Shown piece after piece: positions 28,139 through 37,800 of a stretch of DNA of 64,000 nucleotides (within the stretch, counting starts at the first letter, position 1; every line of letters begins with the position of its first letter). The translations under genes were made by a program, and so were the position numbers. Under the pieces are notes generated by a model. The model did no database searches, was not told where the DNA came from, and worked only from the letters and a program-made list of their open reading frames with translations. The stretch is from Pirellulales bacterium (lineage in GTDB: Bacteria; Planctomycetota; Planctomycetia; Pirellulales; JACPPG01): NCBI GenBank assembly GCA_036499395.1, contig DASYDW010000123.1:59144-123143 (forward strand). The letters are read 5' to 3'.

Positions 28139-28606
28139 ATGCGATCCGTCACGACTTGCTGCGTTCTAGCGTTCCTGCTGACTTCTCCTGCGCTGGCCGT
28201 CGCTGCCGATCGCACTTGTGACAAATGCGGGTGCCACGCCTGCTGCAAACGAGTCTGCGTTTGCAAGCCGATCGAGAAGGAAATCACCAAAACCTGCTGG
28301 GATGTCAAATGCGAAGACGTATGCGTGCCCGGTTGCAGTGAACTGTGCGGGGAATGTTGCAAAGAGGACGAGTGCGGCAAATGGACCTTCGGTATCTGGA
28401 AGCCCGGATGCGCCAAGATCAAGACCCGGCACATCCCCGTTAAGAAGGAAGTCACACGCAAGGTCCCGAGCTTCGTGTGGGTCGTCGAATACCGCTGCCC
28501 GAATTGCTGTCAGAACTCCGGCAAAGCGGCCGCCGATGACACGGCCCAGGCGCATCAGGAGCCACCACGCGAATTGGCCGAATTGGAATCGAGTCGGACG
28601 CGATAG
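28139..28606 (+). CDS. Cys-rich secreted protein (19 Cys in about 100 aa), function unknown
   Basis: ATG at 28139 gives a signal peptide MRSVTTCCVLAFLLTSPALAVA. Mature part: DRTCDKCGCHACCKRVCVCKPIEKEITKTCWDVKCEDVCVPGCSELCGECCKEDECGKW...VPSFVWVVEYRCPNCCQN. Confidence 0.6.
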   Translation: MRSVTTCCVLAFLLTSPALAVAADRTCDKCGCHACCKRVCVCKPIEKEITKTCWDVKCEDVCVPGCSELCGECCKEDECGKWTFGIWKPGCAKIKTRHIPVKKEVTRKVPSFVWVVEYRCPNCCQNSGKAAADDTAQAHQEPPRELAELESSRTR

Positions 28607-28765
28607 CCATACCCCCCGCGTGACGACGTTCGGTACTACCGGCAGTTGCCTGCACCGCGTCAGGGGCGGAGAATTAGGCGTCGACGGTGTAGTGGTACGT
28701 CGAGGGTCGAACCGGAATCAATCGCCCCGCTCCCTCACCGAATACCTCTGCTTAGGATATCAACC

Positions 28766-29407
28766 ATGAAGCGTAAGATTTTGCAGGCGACCACGGCCGT
28801 GGCAGTTGCCGTCTCGTGCTCGGCCGCGGCCTATCAACAGCAGCCGGCGAAGACACAGACGCAGCCCTCGGCGCCGGCAAAGACTTCGAGCGCCCCCGCG
28901 GCGAAAACGCCGACTACCGCCGCCGCGAAGACGCCGGCCGCGGCCCCGACGGATGACAAGGCTGCCGCCATGCGCGACTCGAAGTACCACCTGGCAATGG
29001 CCAAGGCGCACAACACGCACGCAAACGACCATATTCGCCTGCTGCACAAGTATGCCGCCGTGCATCAAACCGTCCCGCCCGACGTGTTGCAGGACCACGC
29101 GGAATCGGCGCAATTTCATCTGCAAAAGGCCCGGGCTTCTTACGCGAAGTTGCGCGAGACGTCCCAGGGTCAGCAGGATATCACCAAGCAGCTCGACACG
29201 ATCGACGCTCGCCTCGCCAAGCTGAACGACATGATGACCAAGCTACAATCGCAAAACGCAGAGTCGAAGGCGATCATGGCACACACAGCCGCGATCACGG
29301 CGCAAATGGCGGCCAATCATCAGGACAGCGAGGACGTGGACCGGAACTTCTACAACATGGATTCCTCGTCGTACTACACCGAGGGACTGGGCCATTTCAC
29401 CGATTGA
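28766..29407 (+). CDS. Secreted His/Met-rich helical protein ending in SYYTEGLGHFTD (paralog of 24963..25481)
   Basis: ATG at 28766 gives a signal peptide MKRKILQATTAVAVAVSCSAAA. Low-complexity PAKT repeats, then a helical body (RDSKYHLAMAKAHNTHANDHIRLLHKYAAVHQ...) and the shared C-terminal tail. Confidence 0.6.
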   Translation: MKRKILQATTAVAVAVSCSAAAYQQQPAKTQTQPSAPAKTSSAPAAKTPTTAAAKTPAAAPTDDKAAAMRDSKYHLAMAKAHNTHANDHIRLLHKYAAVHQTVPPDVLQDHAESAQFHLQKARASYAKLRETSQGQQDITKQLDTIDARLAKLNDMMTKLQSQNAESKAIMAHTAAITAQMAANHQDSEDVDRNFYNMDSSSYYTEGLGHFTD

Positions 29408-29439
29408 TGCTCGCCTCGCGTGAGCCCTTAAAAAACAAC

Positions 29440-29487
29440 AGCCGTGTTCATTAGCCTGGCGGCCAACGAACACGGCTTTTTGTTTTT
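29440..29487. terminator. Bidirectional intrinsic terminator between convergent genes
   Basis: 10-bp stem AGCCGTGTTC / GAACACGGCT with an 18-nt loop. Followed by TTTTGTTTTT and preceded by AAAAAACAACA, which gives a U-run on both strands. Confidence 0.55.
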
Positions 29488-29553
29488 CGCGATGGCGTTT
29501 CCGCCTCGCGATTCCGCTACCACATCGGGATAGCGTGGGCGTTATTTGTCAGA

Positions 29554-29979
29554 CTACTGGACGCTGCCACCGGTGTACGGGGCGTAGTCGGCATTGATCT
29601 TCGAGCCGGCGTAACGAATCGAGCGATTCGAACCGTAAGCGCCCGGCGCCCGATTCAGGCGCGGATAGTAACCACTGTTCCCCTGATTGCCAGGGTTGTA
29701 CGAATAGCGGCGCACCGGCTGGCTGGCAGTCTGGTTACCGGCGAACATGCCGGCGCTGTACGGAACCCACGCGTTGTTCTGCCACACGAGCCAGTTGTTC
29801 TGCGCGGTGTAGAACCACCAATGGCCGTTGTGCCGTTGCACGCGCGAATCTTGCGCGCCTGCGTGGTGCTGCGCCGCAGCGGCCTGATCGCCGGTGCTCT
29901 TCTGATCATCGGCGGCACTGACCGTCGATGCCACAACCAACAAGGCTGCAAACGCTGACAAACGAAGTAGGGCATGCAT
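29554..29979 (-). CDS. Small secreted Trp/Asn/Gly/Tyr-rich protein, function unknown
   Basis: ATG at 29979 gives a signal peptide MHALLRLSAFAALLVVASTVSA. Contains RHNGHWWFYTAQNNWLVWQNNAWVPY and a Gly/Asn/Tyr-rich tail. Confidence 0.5.
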   Translation of the reverse strand: MHALLRLSAFAALLVVASTVSAADDQKSTGDQAAAAQHHAGAQDSRVQRHNGHWWFYTAQNNWLVWQNNAWVPYSAGMFAGNQTASQPVRRYSYNPGNQGNSGYYPRLNRAPGAYGSNRSIRYAGSKINADYAPYTGGSVQ

Positions 29980-30371
29980 GATAGAGACCTCCAACTACAT
30001 TGCTCGGAGAAGGCATGCCTGCCTTTCCGAAGGGGCTTGAACACCGCGAACCGTAAGCCGCCTGATTTACAATTCGCGGTTGTGCGATTGCTCAATTATA
30101 GGCTTTCCCCAACCGTCGCAAACGGCGCCTTCGCCATAAAACGCGCCGTACCGACAGAGTTACCGAAAAGTAAGTGAACTTTTTCACGAAGCCCCAACCC
30201 GCGGTAGTCGAGTGGCCAACAGGCATGCGAATCGATGCCCCGAGCGGGGTAATATCACTACGGATTGAACCGGGAATAGGGTCAGCACATTCGTATCGAT
30301 GATGCGTCATCGGTACAACGCGAAGTGGACACTCGCCGCCGCAACACCCAGACGAGAAGCGGATGGACCGT

Positions 30372-32750
30372 CTACCGGGCGGAAGCCGTCGTTGCGGGAA
30401 GTTCGGCCGGCTCGCGTTTCGGGCTTCGCGGCGGATCGTCGCGGGGCGTGATCAACTTCAACAGCAGCGGCAGAATCACGAGGTTTCCCAGCATGCCGCC
30501 GATCATGGCCAGGCTCACTAGCACACCGAAATAAATCGTCGGGATGAACTGGCTCAAACAGAGCGCCGTAAACCCGACGATCAGCGCGAGCGTCGAAAAT
30601 ACCACAGCCCGCCCGACGCTGTTGTGGACCGAGCGCAGGGCCTGGTCGATCGATTGTCCTTGGGCGCGGAACATGCGAAATGCCGTGATGTAGTGAGCTG
30701 AGGAATCGACCGCCAGTCCCATCGAGACAGCGGCGATCATCGCTCCCCCCATGTTGATCTTCAGCCCCAGCCATCCCAGCAGGCCCGTAACGACCATGAT
30801 CGGCAGAGCATTGGGAATCAATGTAATCAGCGCCACGGGAACGCTGCGGAAAGCGATCAACATCATCAGAAAGATTCCGCTGGTCGACAAAATGAACGTC
30901 AACCATTGATCGCCCAACATGCTTTCGATCAACCGCGTCAGCAACACGTAGAATCCGGTCACCTGGGCGGCGGGAAACTCCTCGCGACTGATCGTCGTGA
31001 CTTGCTGGATCAACTGTTCTTTCTCGGCCGAGCCTTGCCGCTCTTGCGACCGCAGCATGATCCGCACGAACTCGCGATCGTCGTCCTGGGGGTCATGGCC
31101 GTGCAGTAGCGCCACGATCGGCATCATCTTTTTCAACGGGGCCAGCGTCGCGCCGAGCTGCGTCGAATCGACTTTGCGTCCCGGCTGCAGGGCATCCAAT
31201 GCGTCCACCACGCTCAGCACCTTGGTCAGTGCGGGCTGACTTTCGCCTTGCGCGTCCTTGGTCAGGCATTCGCTGCGCAAACGCTCTTCCAGACGTCGCA
31301 CGTGCGGCACGAACTGCGGATCATTTTCGGCCGGCACCGGCACGATCAAATCCCAAACGCCGGCGCCTCCCAACTTCGATTCCACGAAATCGTAGGCGTG
31401 TACGATGGGGCTCGAACGGCGGAAATTTTTCGTAAAGTCGCTCTCCACCTCGAGCCAGAACGTTCCAAACAGTGGCGGACCCGTTACGGCCACGACGATC
31501 GTGGCCAAAAGCAACGGGCGGCGCTCGATCAACGACGACAACCATCGCAGGCTGAGATCGAGATGCCCTTCGCCCCACGCCCGTTTCGGATCCGCGTCGA
31601 TTCTTCCGGCCAGCGACAATCCTGGCACCAGCATCATGATCACGAGCAGCGTCAGCACGGCGGCAATCGACATCATCAGGCCGAAATCATGCACCGGCCC
31701 CACGCGAGAGACCATCAGCGAGCCGAAGCCGGCCGTATCCGTGATGCACGCCCAGAAAATCGGTCCCGCCAGCGCGCCGCCGGCCACGATCATTGCTTCG
31801 CGCGGCAGAAAGCCTTCGTCGCGCAGCTCGCGATAGCCGATCACGATGTGTACGACCGTGGCGATCGCGATCACGGCCACGACGGCCCACAACATCGAGC
31901 TCACCATGCTCATGCGGAAGCCGCCGCCGACCAATAGCCCTTCGGTCAGCATCAACGTCGAGAAGACCACTGCCATTGGCACGATCACCCAGCGAATGCT
32001 GCGAAAGCAGAAGACGATCGTCAGAGATAAGAGGATTGTCGACGCGATGCCCAACCGTTCGCCGTCCTCGTCCAAATAACGAAACCCGTCTACGACCATG
32101 ACCGGTTCGCCCGTCAGTACGCCGCCGGGCGTCACGGCATCGATGGCCTCGCGCAGGCGGTCGACGGTTTCCCAGCGCTCGATCTTCGATTCGCTCTCAG
32201 GCTTGAACACGCACACCACGGCCGCGGTACGCCGATCGGCACTAACGGTATATCCCTCGGAAAGCTTGAGAAATGCTTCACGCTGCGACGCAATGGGCCA
32301 GAGAAGCAATTGCGTCCCCAAGGGGCTGCGTGTCAGGCTCAACACGCTGGCAATCCCTTCGACCTCGGCCAGTCCTTGGCTCAGCTTTTCCAAGCGCGCC
32401 AGCCCGGCGGCGGTGAGCAGATCAGGGTCGTCGTAAGCGGCCAGCGCCACTTCGTTACCACCAAAAGTGCGCTGCAATTTGTGATAAGGAGCCAGGATCG
32501 GATCGTCGGGCGCGAACATGTTTTCGACCGAGCGGTCGTAGCTCAACCGCTGCGCCGGAAACCAGGCGATCACCGTCAGCAACAGCCCCAGCCCCAACAG
32601 CGGCCAGCGACGCGCGACCAGCCATTGCGCCAGGCGGCCGCCGATTGTTTGCGTCAGGTGCGCAGGAATCGGCGCGCCATCGACCACGATCTCGGCCTCG
32701 GAAGGGCCGGATGCAGAGGGCTCGGTTGCGTCGCCGGTTGACGAATCCAT
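30372..32750 (-). CDS. MMPL/RND-superfamily exporter (HpnN-like lipid transporter family)
   Basis: Two bundles of about six TM helices each, separated by large periplasmic loops. Typical MMPL patterns (GFGSLMVSRVGPVHDFGLMMSIAAV; MGLAVDSSAHYI). ATG at 32750 is preferred over TTG at 32792. Confidence 0.8.
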   Translation of the reverse strand: MDSSTGDATEPSASGPSEAEIVVDGAPIPAHLTQTIGGRLAQWLVARRWPLLGLGLLLTVIAWFPAQRLSYDRSVENMFAPDDPILAPYHKLQRTFGGNEVALAAYDDPDLLTAAGLARLEKLSQGLAEVEGIASVLSLTRSPLGTQLLLWPIASQREAFLKLSEGYTVSADRRTAAVVCVFKPESESKIERWETVDRLREAIDAVTPGGVLTGEPVMVVDGFRYLDEDGERLGIASTILLSLTIVFCFRSIRWVIVPMAVVFSTLMLTEGLLVGGGFRMSMVSSMLWAVVAVIAIATVVHIVIGYRELRDEGFLPREAMIVAGGALAGPIFWACITDTAGFGSLMVSRVGPVHDFGLMMSIAAVLTLLVIMMLVPGLSLAGRIDADPKRAWGEGHLDLSLRWLSSLIERRPLLLATIVVAVTGPPLFGTFWLEVESDFTKNFRRSSPIVHAYDFVESKLGGAGVWDLIVPVPAENDPQFVPHVRRLEERLRSECLTKDAQGESQPALTKVLSVVDALDALQPGRKVDSTQLGATLAPLKKMMPIVALLHGHDPQDDDREFVRIMLRSQERQGSAEKEQLIQQVTTISREEFPAAQVTGFYVLLTRLIESMLGDQWLTFILSTSGIFLMMLIAFRSVPVALITLIPNALPIMVVTGLLGWLGLKINMGGAMIAAVSMGLAVDSSAHYITAFRMFRAQGQSIDQALRSVHNSVGRAVVFSTLALIVGFTALCLSQFIPTIYFGVLVSLAMIGGMLGNLVILPLLLKLITPRDDPPRSPKREPAELPATTASAR

Positions 32751-32850
32751 CGTGACTTCAAAAGCGGCAAAGGGGGGCGTGATTGGGGTCAATCATGCCA
32801 GGAGAGGGGCCCTGCCTGCAAGCGCTGTGTATAGTTGTCGCTATCCAGCA

Positions 32851-32874
32851 TTGTGGTGCAGGCGTCTCGCCTGC
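32851..32874. repeat. REP-like palindromic element, copy 1 (TTGTGGTGCAGGCGTCTCGCCTGC)
   Basis: Contains its own hairpin GCAGGCG-tct-CGCCTGC. An inverted copy lies at 33117-33140 (22 of 24 nt identical). Confidence 0.6.
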
Positions 32875-33116
32875 CCGTATTTATCGCAAGCCGTCCACCT
32901 ATCAAATGGCGCCAACGATCAGACGTCGCGAATCGCTCCGACAGGTCTGACCTATGCGAGAAGTCGAATTCCTCGAGCCCGGCAAATTACCATTCGTCGA
33001 GATCGCTTCGCGCGAAGAAATGCCACACCTGTATAAGGACGGGACAATCTATTTCGTCACGAAGTGCGCGCGTGCGAAAGACCGTGAAGGGAGGCGAGGT
33101 GGATAGATGTTAGATT

Positions 33117-33140
33117 GCAGGCGGGACGCTTGCACCACAA
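33117..33140. repeat. REP-like palindromic element, copy 2 (inverted orientation)
   Basis: GCAGGCGGGACGCTTGCACCACAA is the reverse complement of copy 1 with 2 mismatches. It produces the spurious MQAGRLHH peptide at the start of the ORF-track entry 33115. Confidence 0.6.
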
Positions 33141-33228
33141 CAAGAAAAAGCGAGTCTGCCTTTCTCTCATTCGTGTGATTCGTGGTTGTCCTCTTCGAAA
33201 GACTTTCTTTCTTCGCGATCTGCAAGTC

Positions 33229-34536
33229 ATGCCCGTAGACACGCCACGACTGGTTCGAGACGCTGCCACCGATCGCTGGTTGGTGATACTGCTGATGCTG
33301 TTCGCGGTACTGGTCCGAGCGCCGGTTGCGGCGCACAACATCCAGTCGTTGCGGGCCGATGTCGACAATTACCACGAATTGGCCTGGAACCTGATTGAGC
33401 GTGGGACATTTGGCCAGCAGCACAGCGGACCATCGGCCTACCGCCCTCCGCTGTACCCGGTCTTGCTGGCGCCATTGTTGCGTGACGTGTATTACGATTT
33501 CACGGGCGTGGTCGCGATGCACGTCGCGCTCGGTCTGGTTACGGTATGGCTGACCGCCGTCGTGGGCGCGCAGTGGGGGCTAGGGCGCTGGCGCTTCTTG
33601 GCCGCGGCGCTCGTGGCCTGCGACCCCATTCTCTTAAAACAATCGACCGTCTTCATGACCGAGACGTTGGCCACGGCGCTGGCAGCGCTCGCGATGGCTG
33701 CGCTAACGACGGTCATCAAGCGGCCAACGATCGTGCGGGCGCTCGATGCCGGCTTTGTGCTGGGGCTGTGTGTTCTGTGCAGGCCGACGTTTTTGGTTTT
33801 TGCCATCGCCGCTTTGCCGGCTCTCTGCTGGTTACTTCCGCAGGGCAAGGCGCGGCGAAAAATCATGGTGATCACGGTCGCGGCGCTCGCGATGACGTTG
33901 GCGCCGTGGACCGTGCGCAATTGGATCGAGTTCGGACGCCCCATCGTCACCACGACTCATGGCGGCTTTACTTTGGCGCTGGCCAATAATCGGGCGTTCT
34001 ATGACCACCTGCGCAAGGCGCCCCATGAACCGTGGGACGCCGAGAGTTCTGGCTGGGCGGGGACCATCCTGCAGTACCCTCATGCGCAGCAGGAGGAGCT
34101 GGAGAATAATCGTGAGAGTTACGCGCTCGCGTGGCAAACGATGCGCGACGAGCCGCGCATGTTTCTGCGCGCTTGCGTGTATCGCCTGTCGCGGTTCTGG
34201 GGGGTGTTGCCGCTAGCGCTGCCACAGCAGACGCCGCGCGAGCGCATGTCGCGCTACGCCATTGCGGTGTTTTACAGCGTTGAGCTAAGCCTCGCACTCT
34301 TGGGTGCCTGGCGCTTGCGCCGGGATCTGCTGGCGAGCCCGTGGCTTTTTGCCCTGCTGCTAGCGGTCAGTTTTACGCTCGTACACACTTTTTACTGGAC
34401 CGACATGCGCATGCGCGCCCCGGTCGTGCCGGCGGTCGCCTTGGCAGCCGCCGTCGGGGCAGCCGTTTTGCGCCGCCGAAAGGGAGAGCGCAAGGCTTCG
34501 TCTGATAAGGACTTGCGGACGTCGTCTTCGGTCTGA
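33229..34536 (+). CDS. GT39/ArnT-like (GT-C fold) membrane glycosyltransferase
   Basis: Polytopic membrane protein. N-terminal loop with DVDNYHELAWNLIERGTFG...AYRPPLYPVLLAP, typical of the PMT/ArnT family. ATG at 33229 lies downstream of the REP element. Confidence 0.7.
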   Translation: MPVDTPRLVRDAATDRWLVILLMLFAVLVRAPVAAHNIQSLRADVDNYHELAWNLIERGTFGQQHSGPSAYRPPLYPVLLAPLLRDVYYDFTGVVAMHVALGLVTVWLTAVVGAQWGLGRWRFLAAALVACDPILLKQSTVFMTETLATALAALAMAALTTVIKRPTIVRALDAGFVLGLCVLCRPTFLVFAIAALPALCWLLPQGKARRKIMVITVAALAMTLAPWTVRNWIEFGRPIVTTTHGGFTLALANNRAFYDHLRKAPHEPWDAESSGWAGTILQYPHAQQEELENNRESYALAWQTMRDEPRMFLRACVYRLSRFWGVLPLALPQQTPRERMSRYAIAVFYSVELSLALLGAWRLRRDLLASPWLFALLLAVSFTLVHTFYWTDMRMRAPVVPAVALAAAVGAAVLRRRKGERKASSDKDLRTSSSV

Positions 34537-34814
34537 AATTGCCTTTGACCGGGCGCGGCGGAAGCCCCTATAATCCGCCCCTCTACTTTTCCGGAAGTTC
34601 ACGTCTCGTAAGAAGTTTCGTTCAGTTTCGCGCGATTCAAATCGTCGCGTGAAGTTGAGAGTCGCGCGCTGGCGTTCGCCTGGCGCGCGGCGAGGTTGCA
34701 ACTCTGCTGACAATTTCCGCCTTCACCTCATCGCCGAGCTTACGCTGCGCGCGACGCGGATGCGTTGCGTGCGCTGTCGTTGCGCGCCTGGCGCGCGTTC
34801 TCGCGACGCTCGCT

Positions 34815-37800
34815 TTGATGCTCGTAGCACTCGCGGACATTGCGCACGCGGCAGGCGACGTCGATCTTCCACCGCCCGATCCGGCCGCCACGATTCGCGT
34901 CGATGCCGATTCCGCGGATCATTGGCAACAAGGCTCGCACGAAGTGTGGGTCATGCACGGGCATTGCGTCGTCGCGCAAGGATCAACGCGCGCCACCGGC
35001 AACGAAGCGGTCGTGTGGATCAAGCGCGACGAAGAAACTGCCGAACCGACCAACCGCGTGATCGCCTATCTGGCCGGCGAAGTGGTCGTCGACTCTGGCG
35101 GCGCCGCGCCTGGGACCGACGGCAAACCAGCCAATGGCTTCGTTGATCAGGATTGGCTCGGCGAATTCGAATCCACCGGTCCCGTCACGATGAGCGTCAC
35201 CAATCCGGGTGGCGAGCCATTGGTCAAACCGGCGCTGTATCGTCGAGCGCTCGCGCGTCGCAACGGGCAGGATGATTCAAATATCCAGCAAGCTCAGTCG
35301 AGCATGCCTGGCGGCTTCAGCACGACCACGCCGGGCCAGACCGGCTTCACATCCAATCAGCCGGTGTACGTTGCACAGAATGTGCTACCTGGCGATCCTC
35401 CCGCCCCCGGTCCCGGTGTTCCCGCGCCTGGATTGCGCCGCATCCAATTCTTCCCACGCAGCCGCGTTCTGTACGACGCTCGCGCCGAAACGAATCCCGA
35501 GCGCAACGAGACCGTCATCCAGATGCGCAAGGGCGTAAACATCATCATCGACAATCTGCCGAATTTCGGTGCGCTGGATATCTCGGCCGACAACATCGTG
35601 ATTTGGACCTTGGGCACCGTCTCGACCAACGGCGAGAACATGCAGCCCGAGAACGTGCCGCTGGAAATCTACATGGAAGGGAACATCGTGTTCCGCCAGG
35701 GGCAGCGCACGATCTACGCCCAGCGGATGTATTACGACGTCCGCAACCAGGTTGGCACGGTGCTCTCGGCCGAGATCCTGTCGCCGGTGCCGAAGTTCGC
35801 GGGCAATATGCGTCTGAAGGCAGACATCCTGCAGCAGACCGGTCCCGGGCGCTTCGTCGCCACGAATGCTTACTTCACGAGCAGCCGTCTGGCCTTGCCC
35901 GGTTACCGCTTGCAAGCCAAGAGCATGTTGTTCGAAGACAATCAGGTGCCGGTTGTCGATCCATTCACCAAGCAGCCGCAGGTGGATCCGGCCACCGGCG
36001 AGGCCGTCACGCAGAGCGACCGCACGGTCACCAGCCGTAGCAACCTGATCTATATAGAAAATGTGCCGGTGTTCTATTGGCCCGTCATTAAAAATGACGT
36101 CGAACAGTCGAACTTCTATATCCGCCAGGCGCGATTCAAGAGCGATCACATCTTCGGTCAGCAGTTCCTTATTGATTGGGACGCCTACCAGGTTTTCGGG
36201 CTGAAGCGGCTGCCGGGCACGGATTGGACGTTCAGCACCGATTACTTCACCGCGCGCGGCCCGGCGGCGGGCACCGCCTATCGTTGGCGCGGGTCCGAAT
36301 TGTTCGGCCTCGAAGGTCCCTACAACGGTTTCATCGATGCCTGGGGCATTCACGACCACGGCGTCGATACGCTGGGCAGCGATCGTATGAATTTGCTGCC
36401 GGAGCCCGATCGCGACAATCGCTACAAGATCCTGGGGCGACATCGCCAGTATCTGAATAACAATTTCCAACTGACCGGCGAATTCGGTCTGATCTCGGAT
36501 CGCAACTTCCTCGAACAGTACTTCGAGCGCGAATGGGACCAGAGCAAAGATTACGACACCGACCTGATGCTCAAGCAGTACCGGGGCAACTCGACCTGGG
36601 ACATCATGGGCAGTGCCCGTGTCAACGACTGGTTCACGCAGACGCAATGGTTGCCGCGGCTGGATCATTACCTGATCGGCCAGGACGTGCTCGACGACCG
36701 GCTCACCTGGTACGAGCACTCGAGCCTGGGCTATGCCAATATGTTGATCGCGGCGCGGCCGACCGATCCCAGTGAAATCGCCAAGTTCAATTGGTTGCCG
36801 TGGGAAGCGAACGTTCACGGAGGGCGTTACTTCACGACTCAAGAAATCGATTTCCCCTTCGACGTGGGGGCGGTGAACTTCGTCCCTTATGCGTTGGGGC
36901 AGTTGGCTCACTGGGATGAAACGCTGCAGGGTCCGCAGAACTTCCGCGAACCTGACGGCGCTATGAATCGCGCGTACGGCCAGTTCGGTGTGCGCGCGAC
37001 GCTGCCGTTCTGGAGCGTCGACCCGACGATTCAAAGCTCGTTATTTAACGTGAACGGCATCGCCCACAAGGCACTGTTGGACGTCGACGCTTCGTGGGCC
37101 GGCGCCACGCAGGACTTCCAGAACCTGCCGCTGTACGATCCGATCGACGACGACAATATCGAAGCCTTCAACCGCCGCTTTGCCGTCAATACGTTTAACT
37201 CGAATGTCGTTCCGGCCCAGTGGGATCCGCGGTATTACGCGTTGCGCTACGGCCTGGCCAGCGACGTGACTTCGCAATCTCCGGAAATCGCGGGCAACAT
37301 GACCGCTATCCGGTTGGGATTGAAGCAGCGCTGGCAGACCAAACGCGGCCTACCGGGAAATCAGCACATTATTGATTTGATCTCGTTCAACCTTTCGACC
37401 AATATTTTCCCGCAGGCCAATCGCGACGATTTCGGCCAGGTCGTCGGCCTGACGCAGTACGACTTTACCTGGCATGTCGGCGACCGCGTGACATTGCTCT
37501 CGGATGGAATTTTCGACTTCTTCAACGGTGGACAGCGGATCGCCACGATAGGCGGTTTCATCAATCGGCCGCCGCGCGCTAGCGTTTACGTGGGCTTCCG
37601 CTCGATCAATGGCCCAGACATCGCCAATGCATACACGCCGGTGAATAGCGAAGTGCTGATTGCGTCGTATAGTTACCGCATGAGCGAAAAATGGATCTCG
37701 TCAGCCGGCGGTACGGTGGACGTAGCCCACAACGGCAACATCGGCGAGCAGTTCATGCTGACGCGCGTCGGCGAGTCGTTCTTGATGAGCGTCGGCGGCA

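Noticed and set aside
30092-30906. ORFs 30092..30310 and 30307..30906 on the minus strand
   Set aside because: The second overlaps the 3' end of the MMPL gene in another frame, and the first lies in the intergenic spacer. Both have Arg-rich nonsense-like translations.
33241-33260. GGTTCGA-type T-loop-like strings here and at about 6715 and 7129, checked as possible tRNAs
   Set aside because: All are inside well-supported coding regions, and none has an acceptor or anticodon stem arrangement around it. No tRNA gene could be supported anywhere in the window.
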